A stretch of 63,870 nt of DNA, the filler included, from Octopus bimaculoides (lineage: Eukaryota), in NCBI RefSeq assembly GCF_001194135.2. It is 5 parts of 3 records of this genome, joined end to end, with 100 filler letters (N's around TTAATTAATTAA, not from the genome) between each part and the next. Parts side by side here need not be neighbours in the genome. Positions count along the whole stretch, not along the records: positions 34,043 to 58,125 come from NC_068987.1; 4 more parts are not named here. One strand, 5' to 3'. The position numbers and the translations under genes were made by a program. The notes under the pieces were generated by a model. That model saw nothing but the letters and a program-made list of their open reading frames with translations. It was not told the origin of the DNA and did no database searches. Of this stretch, positions 37,250-51,639 are shown in pieces; positions within the stretch are counted from its first letter, which is position 1, and every line of letters starts with the position of its first letter.

Positions 37250-37830
37250 TTCCTGTCTCTTTTAGACAGTCACTTTCCAGCAAATCACAGGTACAGGAAA
37301 ATATTTAATAGGCGTTCTGTTAAATTATCATATAGCTGCTAATCTAATATGAAAAGTATCATTATACGAGGTTAATATCAAGAGCCTAAATTTAATTCTT
37401 TACTTTTGCGACCCAGGATCTTCGTCACTTGACCAACAATGTGTGATTAAATCTGTCATGTATGAGGCAGAAGTTACTGCGACGTTAAATGATAATACCA
37501 CATATACGAAGACATATACTGGATTACGTGAACGGGAATTTAAATAACGCTATGCCAATCGGATACCCTCCTTCCGAAATAAGGACTAACGCAATGCTAC
37601 TAAGTTGGCTCACCATGTATGGAGTTTGAAAGCTAACGAAGCACTACATCTGATTAAGTGAAAAGTAATTGAGGAATCCACGCCATATGTTCATGGATCA
37701 AATAAATATATACTATGTTTAGCTGAAAGAGCTCAGATCCTTTTCAGATCTAAATTCCCTAACTCTCTACTGAACTCTAAGTCTGAAATTTTCAGCGGTG
37801 GCTACCATATATAAATACATTTTGAAAAAT
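37250..37830 (+). mobile_element. Penelope-like element C-terminus (second lineage), decayed
   Basis: [103 protein letters not shown]: PLE thumb linker and GIY-YIG layout. Confidence 0.85.
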
Positions 37831-38324
37831 TGGAAAATTTCGCCTATACCTGTTTTAACTAGTTGATATCTTTCCAAACTTATAATTTAAGATCTAAGCT
37901 TGTTACTTGTTTTTACTTTTTCGCTTTCCTGTTTTTCGTTTTCCGTTGTTTTAGTTCTAATTAAATCGTTTTAGTTCATAATTATCTGCTCTTAATGAAT
38001 ATGTTTGAGGTATTTCTCAACGCATAAAACTATTAGTAGCACTTAAAGACATCTATTGTGTCCTTTAAATAAATAATATTTATCTCTCACCAGATGGAGT
38101 ACTTCTACGTTGATCTTTCCATCATGGAACAGTACATTATATATATATATATNNNNNNNNNNNNNNNNNNNNNNNNNNNNNNNNNNNNNNNNNNNNNNNN
38201 NNNNNNNNNNNNNNNNNNNNNNNNNNNNNNNNNNNNNNNNNNNNNNNNNNNNNNNNNNNNNNNNNNNNNNNNNNNNNNNNNNNNNNNNNNNNNNNNNNNN
38301 NNNNNNNNNNNNNNNNNNNNTATA

Positions 38325-38472
38325 TATGACGGGTTTCTTTCAGTTTCCGTCTACTAAATCTGCTCACAAGGCTTTGGCTGCCCCGAGGTTAGAGTATAAG
38401 ACACTTCCCCAAGGTGACATGCAGTGGGACTGAAGCTGGGACCATGTGGTTGAGAAGCTAGCCTCTCACCAC
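38325..38472 (-). mobile_element. SINE family B 5' half
   Basis: GACGGGTTTCTTTCAGTTTCCGTCTAC..AAGACACTTCCCCAAGGTG..GCAGTGGGACTGAA..ACCATGTGG. Confidence 0.85.
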
Positions 38473-40427
38473 CTCCTACTTTTTAATCATTTAGATTTAT
38501 TATTTAGTTATCTATTTTGAAAACTTCCTTTTAATGATATTTTATCCTAGAATACATTCAGAAATGGTAAGTGGACTGGTTTGCAGCGTTACTAATATGA
38601 AACTAACCGCCTTCACTCCAGTGTTGCCTTTTCTAATGACACTACAAACCCCGCAGTTCCATGAACTAGCCTCTACCTTAATTATTCTAATGTTATCATC
38701 ATTTTTACTGTTGCACCTCACGCTAAAGCGAAAACAATTTTTTCTAAACATTGAGCCCTAATCTGTAACGTTCTAGAATTTCCTCCTAAATCATTTTATT
38801 TCTGGAATTGTCAACTTGAACCTTTACAAACTTATTCGGGAGCTATTTTCAAGTTTATACACAGTGCTTTCCCTTCATAACACCATCTGCAAAAGGGAAA
38901 TAATGTTTATAAAAAGCTATTCTCCAGTATAATGCAACTACTTTATGATATATTTTCGTACCTTTCCTAATGTGGGATCTGTTCAGTTTGGCTCACAAAT
39001 TTCTTTATTAAGCTTTTTTTAATTAAACACTTTGAAACTTCGTATACTGGTGTAATTTCTCACGCAGAACAAGGTTTACTTTGAACAATTTTGACAAACT
39101 TTCCTACTTTAGAAGTTATTTCATGTTAAAGTTGTCGTATGTGGGTAATTTTAACCAACTAACGACGTGTATTCAGTTGAAGAAAGCTACTGCTACCATT
39201 ACCATGCATTTGATAATGTCTTTCGGTGAATGTGTAGAGGCGGGCAGGTATACACTCATAGATGCATTCTCGAAACCCTCGTTCTTCACAGGGTGAACAT
39301 ACAAAATATGACAGCTCTATGGAGTGGGAGCTGCATAGGCATCCCGTTACTCATTCTAGGAGCATTATGCAATTAAATCCCTTACTCAAGGGCTCAATGG
39401 ACTGCCTGGTATTGAATTGAGTCTCTAATCTCAGGATCACGAAACGGACCAAGTTGGCATTTGTTAAACTGAGGATATGTTTCGGTGAGGGAAATTTCTT
39501 CAGGGTGAATTACCGAGATGCTAATGTTATATACGTTTGGTGTTTCGAAGAGTATAGCCGTTGATGCTATATCTACCTTACAGCTGAGTATATGAAGAAG
39601 AGTTAGTCATTGTTACTCTCATCCATGCACTTTTGACTCCGTTTTATCTCAGAATCTGTAAATTAAGTATTAGATAATAATATATTTACGAAACGATTCC
39701 ATTGAATACTTTATATATTTCAAATTGATTTCTTCCAAATAACATAGATATTTCCCTGTAAGTTCAGATTACACCAAGAAGTGAAATCTCTGTTTGCTAA
39801 ATATATTTACTGGATTATATACGGTGTTCTGTTCCAACGTTGGATTTGTGGGCTTAAAATTATTTGCCATTTGAACTTATTTCTCATACAAAATTCTATT
39901 GCATCATTTCATCTCATTAGCTAACTAAAAACAGTTAAGGATTTAAAATCTGATATGTATGTGTGAGTGGGTGTTTATACTTGTATGTATTCTACATCTG
40001 TTGTTTCTATCAGTCTAACTATTTATGCTTTAACTTATCTCCCTGCATATATATGTATGTATGTATGTATGTATATATATATATATATANNNNNNNNNNN
40101 NNNNNNNNNNNNNNNNNNNNNNNNNNNNNNNNNNNNNNNNNNNNNNNNNNNNNNNNNNNNNNNNNNNNNNNNNNNNNNNNNNNNNNNNNNNNNNNNNNNN
40201 NNNNNNNNNNNNNNNNNNNNNNNNNNNNNNNNNNNNNNNNNNNNNNNNNNNNNNNNNNNNNNNNNNNNNNNNNNNNNNNNNNNNNNNNNNNNNNNNNNNN
40301 NNNNNNNNNNNNNNNNNNNNNNNNNNNNNNNTATATATGCATTATATAGCTACATATATGTGCATAACACCATATATATTTACGTGTGTATGTGTATATA
40401 TATATGTATATATACATTTACATATAT

Positions 40428-40501
40428 ACATACTTACCTACCTACCTACCTACCTACCTACCTACCTGCCTACCTACATGCATGCATACATACATAAATG
40501 C

Positions 40502-40533
<32 letters not shown>

Positions 40534-40535
40534 TC
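40428..40535. repeat. Compound (CCTA)n/(CATA)n/(TG)n microsatellite
   Basis: Read directly. Confidence 0.9.
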
Positions 40536-41460
40536 ATATGTATTTGTGCTTTTATACATCTCATCTACAAGGCCTAACCGAATATATTGCCATAAGTATT
40601 TAGTAAATATGCATTGGCTTTTAATTGGAAGATATAAATGTCGAATTGTATTCATTCCATTAGGATTATATATATGCATTTTACGCAAATATTTAAAATA
40701 TATAAAGCACTTTCTCGAAAGATATTGCTTAAATTAATCTTCTTAATCCTTTTCTAACAAGTTAGATATATTGCAAACTATATATTAATGCGAAATGTGT
40801 TCTTGTTCCATTGAATGTCATTCTGTGACTGCATTGGTATAGCTGAGTGTATATTGAGAGTGACTACGAAATCGCATCTGTTAGATTCCAATCACTGTCA
40901 AACATTGTATATACACATTGTGATAAATGCAATACGCCTTATGAAAACTGTCTTATATGTGATTTTAAAATTTGCACGAGTTCTACTTATTCTTTTTCGA
41001 AGGAATAATAGGTTGGTGCTTCTAATGTACATACGTCCAAGTGTGGATCAAAGGGAGAAGCTACTCTGATCTCCGGTCTACAAATTTGCATATGTTTATT
41101 TTTTCCGTAACTCCTCTTCTGTCACCGGCAATTTCATCTTTGCTCTTCTACAAAAGATCATGTACGGTCTTCATTACTTCTTTAATCGAAAATGATTTTG
41201 CATCCATCCCCACATTAGAGCCTCACTCCAACCAGCCTTTCGGTGCTTATTTTTGTAAACATTATCCTACTCTTCATGTTACTTGTTACAGCTTTTCATT
41301 TACCATCTGTTCAAGGAAAACGTCGACCATGATAATCCTATGAGCATTAAGCTAGTGTGATTGGTTTTAAATCAGATGGTTTCCTAGACAGTATGGACAC
41401 AGTCCCTTGCACTAGAACATTATATCAAACAAAAACACCAGTATATATACATTTAGCCTG

Positions 41461-41690
41461 TACGAGGTCTGATCAAAAGTATCCAGACTGCTGCTATAAA
41501 GAGAAATCTTTAAGAAATATATATCCGGCATTTAAACTCTTTCAGCATTTAATCTCCTGAAACCACACATTTCTCCTGTAGTCAATCTACATAGATCTGG
41601 AATAACTTGAGAAGAACTTGGGAATTAGAAGAACTTGTGAATTGGTAAAATAGCGCCAGTGATTCGCAATTAAAATTATTTGCCTTCATC
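41461..41690 (+). mobile_element. Mariner-type terminal fragment
   Basis: TACGAGGTCTGATCAAAAGTATCCAGACT resembles mariner terminal repeats; no partner end found. Confidence 0.5.
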
Positions 41691-43136
41691 TTGCATCGTT
41701 AATATCTTCACAAAACTTGAAATAATAAAATATCTACACAGTTTCTTGATAATGTACAATAAGCAACCTAATTGCCTATGTGAAAATGTAATGCCTACAA
41801 TAGACTTTAACATTTGAGTTTTCTTCCAAGAATACATATATCTGTCTGTGATCCTATCTCTAGAAAATAGACTTATTATATGTTGATTAATAACCCAATA
41901 AGCCCCAGGAATGAGCATATAAAGTAAATTAACGGGCTTATGGGATGAACAAAATAGGGCTTGTGGCTCAACGTTAGAGCATGTTGCTCCTCCATTAAGA
42001 CATAATTGATAACTGAATGTTGTTTATTTAAACTTTTAAACTGTTCCATCGGAGGACACGGACTGTTGTCCGCCTAATAAAACAGAATCTGATGAAAGTC
42101 GGAAATGGACGACATAAAGAATACTCGAGTGAATTCTTCAGAATATAATACATGTTAGCAAAGGGATATAATGAGCGAGACTGATTGTTCTTGATTCCTT
42201 ATTTATGCGTTTTGTGTCAACATGTGGGTATGTTTATTTTTTCGACAATGATCTTTATGTCTATGCACCTATATAGTTACATAAGTAAATCGGAACAAAA
42301 TTTGAATGTCCTATACTGTAGATAAGAGTGAACAGGTCACATATATTTTAGTAGTAATATAATACAAATTCAATTCGAATTAAATTGGTAGTATTTACTG
42401 AATTTTGTTTCAGAAGAAACTAGATTATCGATATAAGTATTTTCATGATAGCACAAGATGTCTGAAAACGATAAAATAAATTTAAGTTTTACACTGCTTT
42501 GTTATATATTTTGGTAATTTATAATATAGCACAATAGAAGTTTTTAACTAGTCTGCTCGCAATGATAATATCTCTGTCTAAGACAATTAAATTTCAATGC
42601 CCCGTGCAGTTTACTAGCGATTCGTCGTTTTGTATTACTTCTTGTCATTGTTCATGCCCGAGTCAAACGTCAATAAACAGACCTATTACCAAAGATGTTC
42701 CCGATGTGGCCAACCATTTTTACTCATGTAAGACTACATTATTTTGTATGTTCATCCATTTTTTAAAGAGGGAAAATGACAATTTCAAGTACTGTGTGAG
42801 GGTTATCTAGCAAGGGACGCAATCGGGCAGACGTTATCTTATTGTTTGAAATCAGTAACCAATCCAAATCACCCACCAAGGAAGGTAGGCATTTAAACTC
42901 TCCAGCATTTATATCACATTGGATACATAATATGACAATAAAAACTTCGGTAGTAGAAGGATAATCCTCCACTACACTTTTCCTCTCTCTCTCCCCTCTC
43001 TCTCCCCCTCTCTCTCTCTCTTCTCTCCCTCTCTCCTCTCTCCCCCTCTCTCTCTCCTGTATATATACGTATAGGTGTATATATCATACATGGATAAATG
43101 TTTGAACGTGTATATATATAGAAATGTGTATAAATG

Positions 43137-43168
<32 letters not shown>

Positions 43169-43196
43169 CATGTATGTGTGCATGGATGAGGTATGC

Positions 43197-43247
<51 letters not shown>

Positions 43248-43317
43248 TGTGTGNNNNNNNNNNNNNNNNNNNNNNNNNNNNNNNNNNNNNNNNNNNNNNN
43301 NNNNNNNNNNNNGTGTT

Positions 43318-43366
<49 letters not shown>

Positions 43367-44476
43367 ATCACTTACATTGGACTGATATGTGTTCTCATCA
43401 TTTTGTTGCTACTACAACGTTTCGCCTGATTTACTCTCCAGTCTTCATCAGGTGTTCTGGTAGAATGTTTTTTTATTAACCCAACACTGCGTTTTCATTC
43501 CCAAGATTTTTCTTTTGCTAATGTTATTTGATAACTTTAAACTCTACGATCCGGAGTTTTCTATGTGACTTTATAACTGCTACATGCCTACAAACGCACG
43601 CATACATACATACATACATACATACATACACAGGCGCACTCCCATATACATACGTTCATAAGTATATATATACCAACAGAAAAAAACATATAGACAGGCA
43701 CAGATTCAAACACACACGCAAAGCCGAAGACCGCGTATTTCGACAGAGAAAACGGTGGAAAAAAGTCTACCAAAACCTAGTTAAGTTCTCTTTTCATAAG
43801 TCCAGAAGGCTAAAGAAGCCAGTTTGGTTGCCTGATATTTGAACATAAAACGCAACTGAACATGGTTTTTCCACCTCTAAGCAAAATCTATTGACTCGTT
43901 TTCGTTTGTTTTCAGTCTGTTTTGAAATACCTCTGTGAATATTGTTAGAAGACAATACATTCTGTCAGGCTGATTGCTCTAGACACCTTACATGAAGTCA
44001 ACATTGTCAGTGTTGCGGGACGTTTTACAGTGAAATAATTGTAAAATCTATTAGGAAATCATGAGCTCTTTAAATAGATGTTTTTCAATATCGATTTTTG
44101 GAATGGTTTGAGCTTGATCATTGTTGGTTTCTACCAGCATTTATTTGTTCCTGTTTATTGAATCTGGAGCAAGTTCTGCTTGTATTTAGATTTTGGTAAT
44201 AGAGGGTGTTTCTTTACATTTCCAGATTGTTTTACCAGATTTGTTTTATAAATCATTCACTCTTGCAACAGAATCGGTCATTCTAGAAACACATTTATAG
44301 TTTAATGTTATTGTTACTATAACATGATCTGTAGAGCATATTCAATAGAGTTAAAGTGAAGATATTTTTGCCCGTACAGTGTCCTTTATTTCCATACCGT
44401 TAGATACTTATATTTTATCCTTCAGCTCAGATATATAATCATTAATATAATAATTAAGAAACAGCGCGACTTTCAA

Positions 44477-45331
44477 TTGTACAAACGAAATATTACAATG
44501 TACATACGGAATGCTGTTTTATTGACATACGAAAATATTAATGCCACCCCAATCCTTAAGACATGTAAATTTCTCCATACATAATTATAGGAGTATTTGG
44601 AAACTCTTATGACATATTCAAACGAATATACTAAAGATATATTATGGAAAGCTACCCTGTGATATATGCGTGTGCATCATGTAGGTACAATAAAACTGGG
44701 AATAAATGGCAACCAGTGATGTCTGGGTTTCCGAAAATCTTATGTATGCGTGAATGATTCTAAATATGAGGGCTTCCATGCGATGTGTACGTTACAGATT
44801 CTAGCCATTATGATGAATTCTATATCACTAATGCAAAAATATTCCGGATCAGTCAGCTTACTTTTGTTAGTTTATTGCCTATATTTCATTATTTTATTAA
44901 CTATATTTATACTTAATACGAATATGTTATAAAATATTCATCGGGAGATTATTTTGATCCAGAGTAGCAAGAGACCGACGCTCACAGAAACCTAGATTTC
45001 TATTCATGTGCGAGGTTATTCTGGTATGCTATGCAAACAAAACATAATGCTCGTAATACATAAGAAAAAGCACAAAATGTAAAAACACCTCCATCACCGA
45101 GATATTTGCCACATGGACAAATAAAGCAGTTCAAATATATCTGCTGATGAGTGTAGCTTTCTGTAATATATCTTTATAATATTCGTTTGAATATGTCGTA
45201 GATGTTTCCTAATGCTCCTATGATTATGTATGGAGATAACGTACATGTCTTAAGGAGTGGGTTGGCATTAGTATTTTCGTATATCAATAAAACAACATTC
45301 GTGTGTACATTGTAACATGCGTTTGGTCAAT
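44477..45331. repeat. Foldback structure: about 165-180-bp diverged inverted arms around a spacer of about 500 bp
   Basis: 44493-44655 aligns to the reverse complement of 45153-45315 (TTACAATGTACA..TTTTATTGA.ATACGAAAATA.TAATGCCA..CCTTAAGACATGTA..CTCCATACATAAT.ATAGGAG..GACATATTCAAACGAATAT..AAAGATATATTA..GAAAGCTAC). Confidence 0.9.
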
Positions 45332-45345
45332 CATAAATATACATA

Positions 45346-45394
<49 letters not shown>

Positions 45395-45857
45395 GTATAT
45401 AGGTATGTATGTATAATTCGAAAACAGAGAGTGAGAGAGAAGGTGAAAGCAAACGTGTAAGAACACACTCATTGACTCTACACTGTACAACGAACATGTG
45501 TAAAGAGAAATTCTGAGGCCAAAATATCTGTAATCAAGAAACAATCTCCTGTGTAGAAAAGTATGAAAGTGGACACTGTAATAGAGCATCCAGTGATAGT
45601 AATGCAAAACGGGTTACAACTATGTCAACCGCATGAAATCTGTATTTAATATTCTGCATTGTTTTTCTGAGTGTAGAGAATGTGCCAGTGCTCGTGAACT
45701 TCGTTGACCTTTGGAGACGGATGTTACTGATGCTGAAAACATATTTTATTTAGCTATTTACACACAGATACAGTCAAAATTTATAAATGAACTCATGAGT
45801 TTTTTTTATGACATAAATGCTAAGGAAGTTCATGTTAGTCTTTAAATAAAAAAAATG

Positions 45858-46045
45858 ATCTCAGATTTTGGCAAAAGGCCAGCAATTTCGAAGAGAAATT
45901 AAGTCGATTACATCGACCCTAATGTTTAACTGGTACTTCTCTTAACGCCCCAAAAGGATAAAATGTAAAGTAAGCCTTGGTGAAATTAGAACTCAAAATG
46001 GAAATCCAGAGGTAATACCGATATGCATTCTGCCGGCGTGTTAAC
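45858..46045 (-). mobile_element. SINE family A
   Basis: TTTTGGCAAAAGGCCAGCAATTTCG..AAGTCGATTACATCGACCC..AACTGGTACTT..CCGGCGTGTTAACGATTCTGC. Confidence 0.85.
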
Positions 46046-46849
46046 GATTCTGCTTGTTCACCTTAATATTTGTGGAAAATAACAGTAATAAATGTCATTG
46101 TGTGTACGATAGCAAAAAACAAAATATGACTGATTAAATTTTCGGATGCCACACCCAACAAATATATAGCAAATAACTTTAAAATTAATTCAAATATATA
46201 GTTGTAGAAAGAAGCACATGTATATCCATTATATCAATTATACGTAAATTCTGTCACGTAAATTAAAGTCTTTTGGAAAATACACTAGCAGAAGGATTTC
46301 AATCCTGCTACTGCGAAACCAAATATCAATAGTAAACGAAGAAATGAAAGATATTATATATTGTGACAAGACACATTTTCAGAGACTTATGTGAATTTCA
46401 TATAGGGAGGACACGTTAAGATATAGTTAAAATGTTTAGAGCACTGCAATAATGCTCTGTATTGTGATTCAGTCAAATTACTACTAGTAATTATTTACCA
46501 GGAAGACAAGTGACTAAAACAATTTCATATGGAAGAATAAATGTCGCCTTTACTCTAAGTCCGCTTAGAGCGGTATCACAGCACCCTACTTGTGTTATGA
46601 AAAAGCAACCTTTCCTTATTTGAGTCCAGTTATCTGATATATATATTAACATTGAAATGGTAATTATCAACAATGCACTCATGTTTTTCCTAGGTGACTG
46701 GAAAATTTGCTGCGCGATTAGCACAAGGCATAGTGTCTCTTTAATCACTATGGAATATGATTAATGTGAGCTCCATTATCAGCACGTTCCAAAGAAGAAC
46801 AAAGTTCAATGATTTGTTTTCTTTAGGCTGGAACTCATCTTAAAAAGTC

Positions 46850-48110
46850 CTGGAAACATGCGAGAATCATTCCAAAAGCCTTGAGACATTTTTAAGAGTA
46901 GCAGTTATGACTATCCTACGTTATTGTAATTTTATTATATCATTACTGTGCATCCAATAAGCTGACCTGCCAGCAATTTATTCCAGACTGAAGGAGATAG
47001 TTGTAGTTTGAACAGCAATCTAAACACTACTTAGTACACACTACATGTCATTACTGAATAATTTGAAACGTTAAGACAATTTATAAGCATATTGTGCAAT
47101 AAAAGTATGTTCAACTAAGTAGAAACGGCACAAAAAATAAAAAGTTCCAAACCACTTCGTTAGCATAAGCGCTTGAAGGATGGTAGAGAGATGTGAGCGA
47201 CGACGGAAAGTGTGGGAGGGATAGGAACGTCAGACTATAGAGCTGTTTAAGAAAATTCGTAATTTTCTGAATAACGATCGTAGTGTGTCTACAAAGGCAA
47301 TAAGCATAGAGTCTGTATTTGCTGCACCAACTACACACAGAATTATTCCGGAACTCCTGAACATGCGCAAAATTTCTGTAATTTTTTTCGTCCCCCCCCC
47401 CCCAGGGTGCTCAGTGACGGATAGAGTGAAAGAGTGGCAGTGAGAGCAAGAAGATCGTTGTGCTCATTACCTCCAGTCCAAGAGTCCTCGAGTCTCTGGT
47501 GGTCTTTCATGAAAGCTGGATCAATTGGTATGATCCGGAGGCCAAAAGATATATCTAATGAAGGCATCCAGCTTTTCCCCAGACACAAGAAGGCCAGGCA
47601 AAGCAAGTTCACAGGTAAATTCATAACTATCTCTTTTCTCGACAGCAAAGGTATTATCTACAACCTCTCTCGCCAGAATATCCACAAAGCGTACTTAATG
47701 GAAATTTGGAGAGAGTCCAGACAAGAAGACATTTCGTTACGAAAGGTCAAAGCTGTTAGATCGGCTCGGTAACGCCTGCACCAAAATAATGAACCTGTCC
47801 TCAATTCCTGCATGATAACCAACAACTTGACAGAAATGAGCATCAAAACTGACCATCACTCTCCCCACAACCCAGAACTTGATTCTTGTATTTTTTGTTG
47901 CTCCTACACTGAAGGAAAACCTCAGGGAAACTTGTTTTGAAGACATTGAAAGCATGGATTGGGGCGTGACAAGAGTCCTGGACACCTTCATTTTGGAGGA
48001 CTTCTAGAGACCTTCTCGAACTAGCCAGATCGTTAAACCAAGTGCATTAATATCAGAAGGAATTTTCATTTTGCACTTTTTTGAAACTAAACTTGTCTTT
48101 CCAGAAAAAT
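46850..48110 (+). mobile_element. Mariner transposon, near full length, decayed (different family from 3440-4236)
   Basis: KRLKDGRE.VSDD..GR, HRII.ELLNMRKI, ESWINWYDPEAK, KKARQSKFTGK..FLDSKGII, LHQNN, HSPHNPELD (about PYSPDLAP), PTLKENLR..FEDIE, KCIN. Confidence 0.85.
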
Positions 48111-48479
48111 GTTCTAAGATTCTGAAATAGACTTTGTAGCTCACCTCTCAGACCAATGCATATGTTTTTATGAGCCGAAGTTTCCATAAAGTAGAACTGA
48201 ACATGTTAAAAGTTGAAAGGATTATACAAGAAAACAAAATACTCGTATTTAAAAGATCTTTTGCATGAATTTTTAACATTGCATGAAAAGTGAGAGGTCC
48301 TATTCAAAAAAGAAACCGAACCGGGGCAATCGTCTAAACGTATTGGCACGTATTGGTACGAAGAGGTAACTGAGTCCTTAAGTCACACCTATACAAAGTG
48401 GCTTGAGGAGGACAGTAACATGTGATGCTAGAACCACAAGATTTTCAACCTTAGGAATAAAAATTATTAGTAGAGTAAG

Positions 48480-49225
48480 AACAATAAATGGCACAGCATG
48501 GTACACAGATAGGTTTAGATTCACATACGTATATGGGAACAGGAGTATGTGTGTTTCTATACTTGTCCAACCATTTCGGGCCTGTGGGCTTATGTCGAAC
48601 GGCTGCTGTCACGTGTGGGAGGAGCCCGCCTGTCGGCCGAGTCCATCGTGATGATTGCTCTGCCACCCTCCCTCAACCGAGAAGGCATGGCAGTCTTCAT
48701 CGCACTGGCCATAGTGAAAGAATGTGTGGTGGACTCGAGCGAAAGAATTACACACAAACACCTACCTCTCTGGTTAATCGCTCGTCACCTTTTTCAAGTA
48801 ACACTTGAAAAGGAAGGTGAGAATGGAGAGGCAGGTTTTTGTCTCGTGAAAGTTTCCAAAAAAGGTGGCTGAATGTAGCAAATTTGGTGTGTGCGAGTGA
48901 CGAAACCACTTTGATCATGATTCTGTAAATCGAAAAATGAGAGAGAGAGAGCACTTTGCTATCATGTGTTTATTCACTCTCTGCCTGAGTTTACCGTGGT
49001 CTTTTCCGTAGGCTTTTCTTTCCACGGAGAAACCTAATCTTACTTTTTACATTTTTAAAACTCTTCTGTAATGCACAATCCCTTTTGATCGATTTTTCCC
49101 CCGATCCCCTTTCATCGGAATTTTACTTTCTTTCTTATTTTCCCTCTTTTTTTCATTTTCGAAAAGAAAAGCTCTACATTTGTATTTGTCCCTTCTGTGT
49201 AAGCCCTGTGTGGCCAATAAATAAA
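48480..49225 (+). mobile_element. L1/Tx1-type LINE 3' end (ORF2 C-terminal zinc-finger region and 3' UTR)
   Basis: CFYTCPTISGLWAYVERLLSRVG..RLSAESIVMIALPPSLNREGMAVF..LA, then F.KRWLNVA; pyrimidine-rich UTR ending GCCCTGTGTGGCCAATAAATAAA. Confidence 0.75.
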
Positions 49226-50639
49226 GTTATCTATTTGTCTGTCTGTTTATGTTTGTCTGTCTAACTTTTTGGCGTGTTTTTCACCAAGTCTCTGTACTTT
49301 GGAGGTCGATGCTGTTGATACTCCTGTTGAAAAATCACAGATCAAACATGAGCGGAACGGCAAAGGAATCCGATTTGATTGCGATCCTAAGAAGATAGAT
49401 GTAGATTGTTACATCTAGTAATCCACATGTAGATTACTACATCAATCTTCTTATTCAGTCAAAGTGTTTGTTCTGCATATAGCAGGAACACTTATCTTTC
49501 CGCTTAACCAAAATGATGGAAAAACCGCGTACATAATTAAATTTATATATTATGTATTGTCTTTAGTTAAATACATCTATAGGCAAGTAAAATCTGGGGA
49601 TTCTATGTATATTCGATGACAATTTAAGAAACAACGTGGAGTGAATGTATCTGTAATACGTTTACTAATCACAAATTTTAGACTTTGGAAAATATGGGAA
49701 AATGGGTTGGTTTTCATAATCACTAGTGATTACGTTTGATGCAGCGTTTATGACGATAAACAGATAAATGCAAGCCAGAATCGGAAACTGTAAAGTTCCG
49801 AACAACTGTCAATTATCCAGTAAGCTCAGTAATATGACACCGTTCAGTTACCACTTTATTGCATCATTTCAGTTAGATTGACTGGTGTCAGAGTAATACA
49901 CCGCTTTCTCAGGTCCACTCTGTGATATAAATTGCTACACATGTGTCGTTATAAGTTCACTGGATTATCGCTTCACATTCACGAGCGAAATAAATACCAC
50001 TAGAGCGTCAAGAAATGTCGCTTCTGGTCTCTTCTAAATAAGCTTCTTCTAAATAAACTGTGCATTGTTATATGATAATGTTTCAATGTTTAGTTCTCCA
50101 AATAACTCTGGGTGAGAGAAATGGTACAGCGCCGACCTAAATACTTTGATATAATCCACAAAATAAGAACTAGTTTTATGCTCTGATATCATAATCCAAT
50201 TATAAAAACTTATTTCTTCCGGCTGAAAGTTGATAGAACATTTATAGTTGCCTTTATTGTTATTATTGTTTTTTGTAGACTAGCTAAAACTGAGTAATCC
50301 TATGATTTATCCTATTTCGTCCATAACCATTCAATCTTACAAGAAATATGTAGAGCTGCATTGTTTAAAGTGTCATAATCCATTTCCGTCAGTTTCGAAG
50401 TTAGACCCTATAGAGCAACCACACAGAGGCCCAAACCCACTGAAGATCGATTATATTGATATTACTCGTTGCTCTAAAATACGTTCTTATCATTTTTCAG
50501 ATGTCAGTACTTAATCATTTTCAGCATAAAACCTATATGTGTACAACATACGTGCAAAATATGCTAATAATATATCGAAACTACAAAATGATTTAACCAC
50601 TTATATTTGAGAGCATGTGTAAGCACACAAACACAAACA

Positions 50640-50693
<54 letters not shown>

Positions 50694-51639
50694 NNNNNNN
50701 NNNNNNNNNNNNNNNNNNNNNNNNNNNNNNNNNNNNNNNNNNNNNNNNNNNNNNNNNNNNNNNNNNNNNNNNNNNNNNNNNNNNNNNNNNNNNNNNNNNN
50801 NNNNNNNNNNNNNNNNNNNNNNNNNNNNNNNNNNNNNNNNNNNNNNNNNNNNNNNNNNNNNNNNNNNNNNNNNNNNNNNNNNNNNNNNNNNNNNNNNNNN
50901 NNNNNNNNNNNNNNNNNNNNNNNNNNNNNNNNNNNNNNNNNNNNNNNNNNNNNNNNNNNNNNNNNNNNNNNNNNNNNNNNNNNNNNNNNNNNNNNNNNNN
51001 NNNNNNNNNNNNNNNNNNNNNNNNNNNNNNNNNNNNNNNNNNNNNNNNNNNNNNNNNNNNNNNNNNNNNNNNNNNNNNNNNNNNNNNNNNNNNNNNNNNN
51101 NNNNNNNNNNNNNNNNNNNNNNNNNNNNNNNNNNNNNNNNNNNNNNNNNNNNNNNNNNNNNNNNNNNNNNNNNNNNNNNNNNNNNNNNNNNNNNNNNNNN
51201 NNNNNNNNNNNNNNNNNNNNNNNNNNNNNNNNNNNNNNNNNNNNNNNNNNNNNNNNNNNNNNNNNNNNNNNNNNNNNNNNNNNNNNNNNNNNNNNNNNNN
51301 NNNNNNNNNNNNNNNNNNNNNNNNNNNNNNNNNNNNNNNNNNNNNNNNNNNNNNNNNNNNNNNNNNNNNNNNNNNNNNNNNNNNNNNNNNNNNNNNNNNN
51401 NNNNNNNNNNNNNNNNNNNNNNNNNNNNNNNNNNNNNNNNNNNNNNNNNNNNNNNNNNNNNNNNNNNNNNNNNNNNNNNNNNNNNNNNNNNNNNNNNNNN
51501 NNNNNNNNNNNNNNNNNNNNNNNNNNNNNNNNNNNNNNNNNNNNNNNNNNNNNNNNGATTCCCGGCTTTGCCCTTGTCACAAGGAATTCAAGGATTAGAT
51601 TTTTCTTTTATATTTACTCTAATGAACTCGAGTATCTAT

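Noticed and set aside
38545-38575. Possible 16-nt micro-exon (TCCTAG..AATG|GTAAGT)
   Set aside because: Not frame-preserving, and no supporting neighbouring exons.
41957-41995. tRNA-like start GGGCTTGTGGCTCAACGTTAGAGC
   Set aside because: No B-box, T-arm or acceptor-stem partner follows; at most a SINE-head relic, not a tRNA gene.
42763-42972. LDWLLISNNKI fits the LRR consensus LxxLxLxxNxL
   Set aside because: Single repeat with no pyrimidine-rich acceptor upstream; such a short pattern arises by chance.
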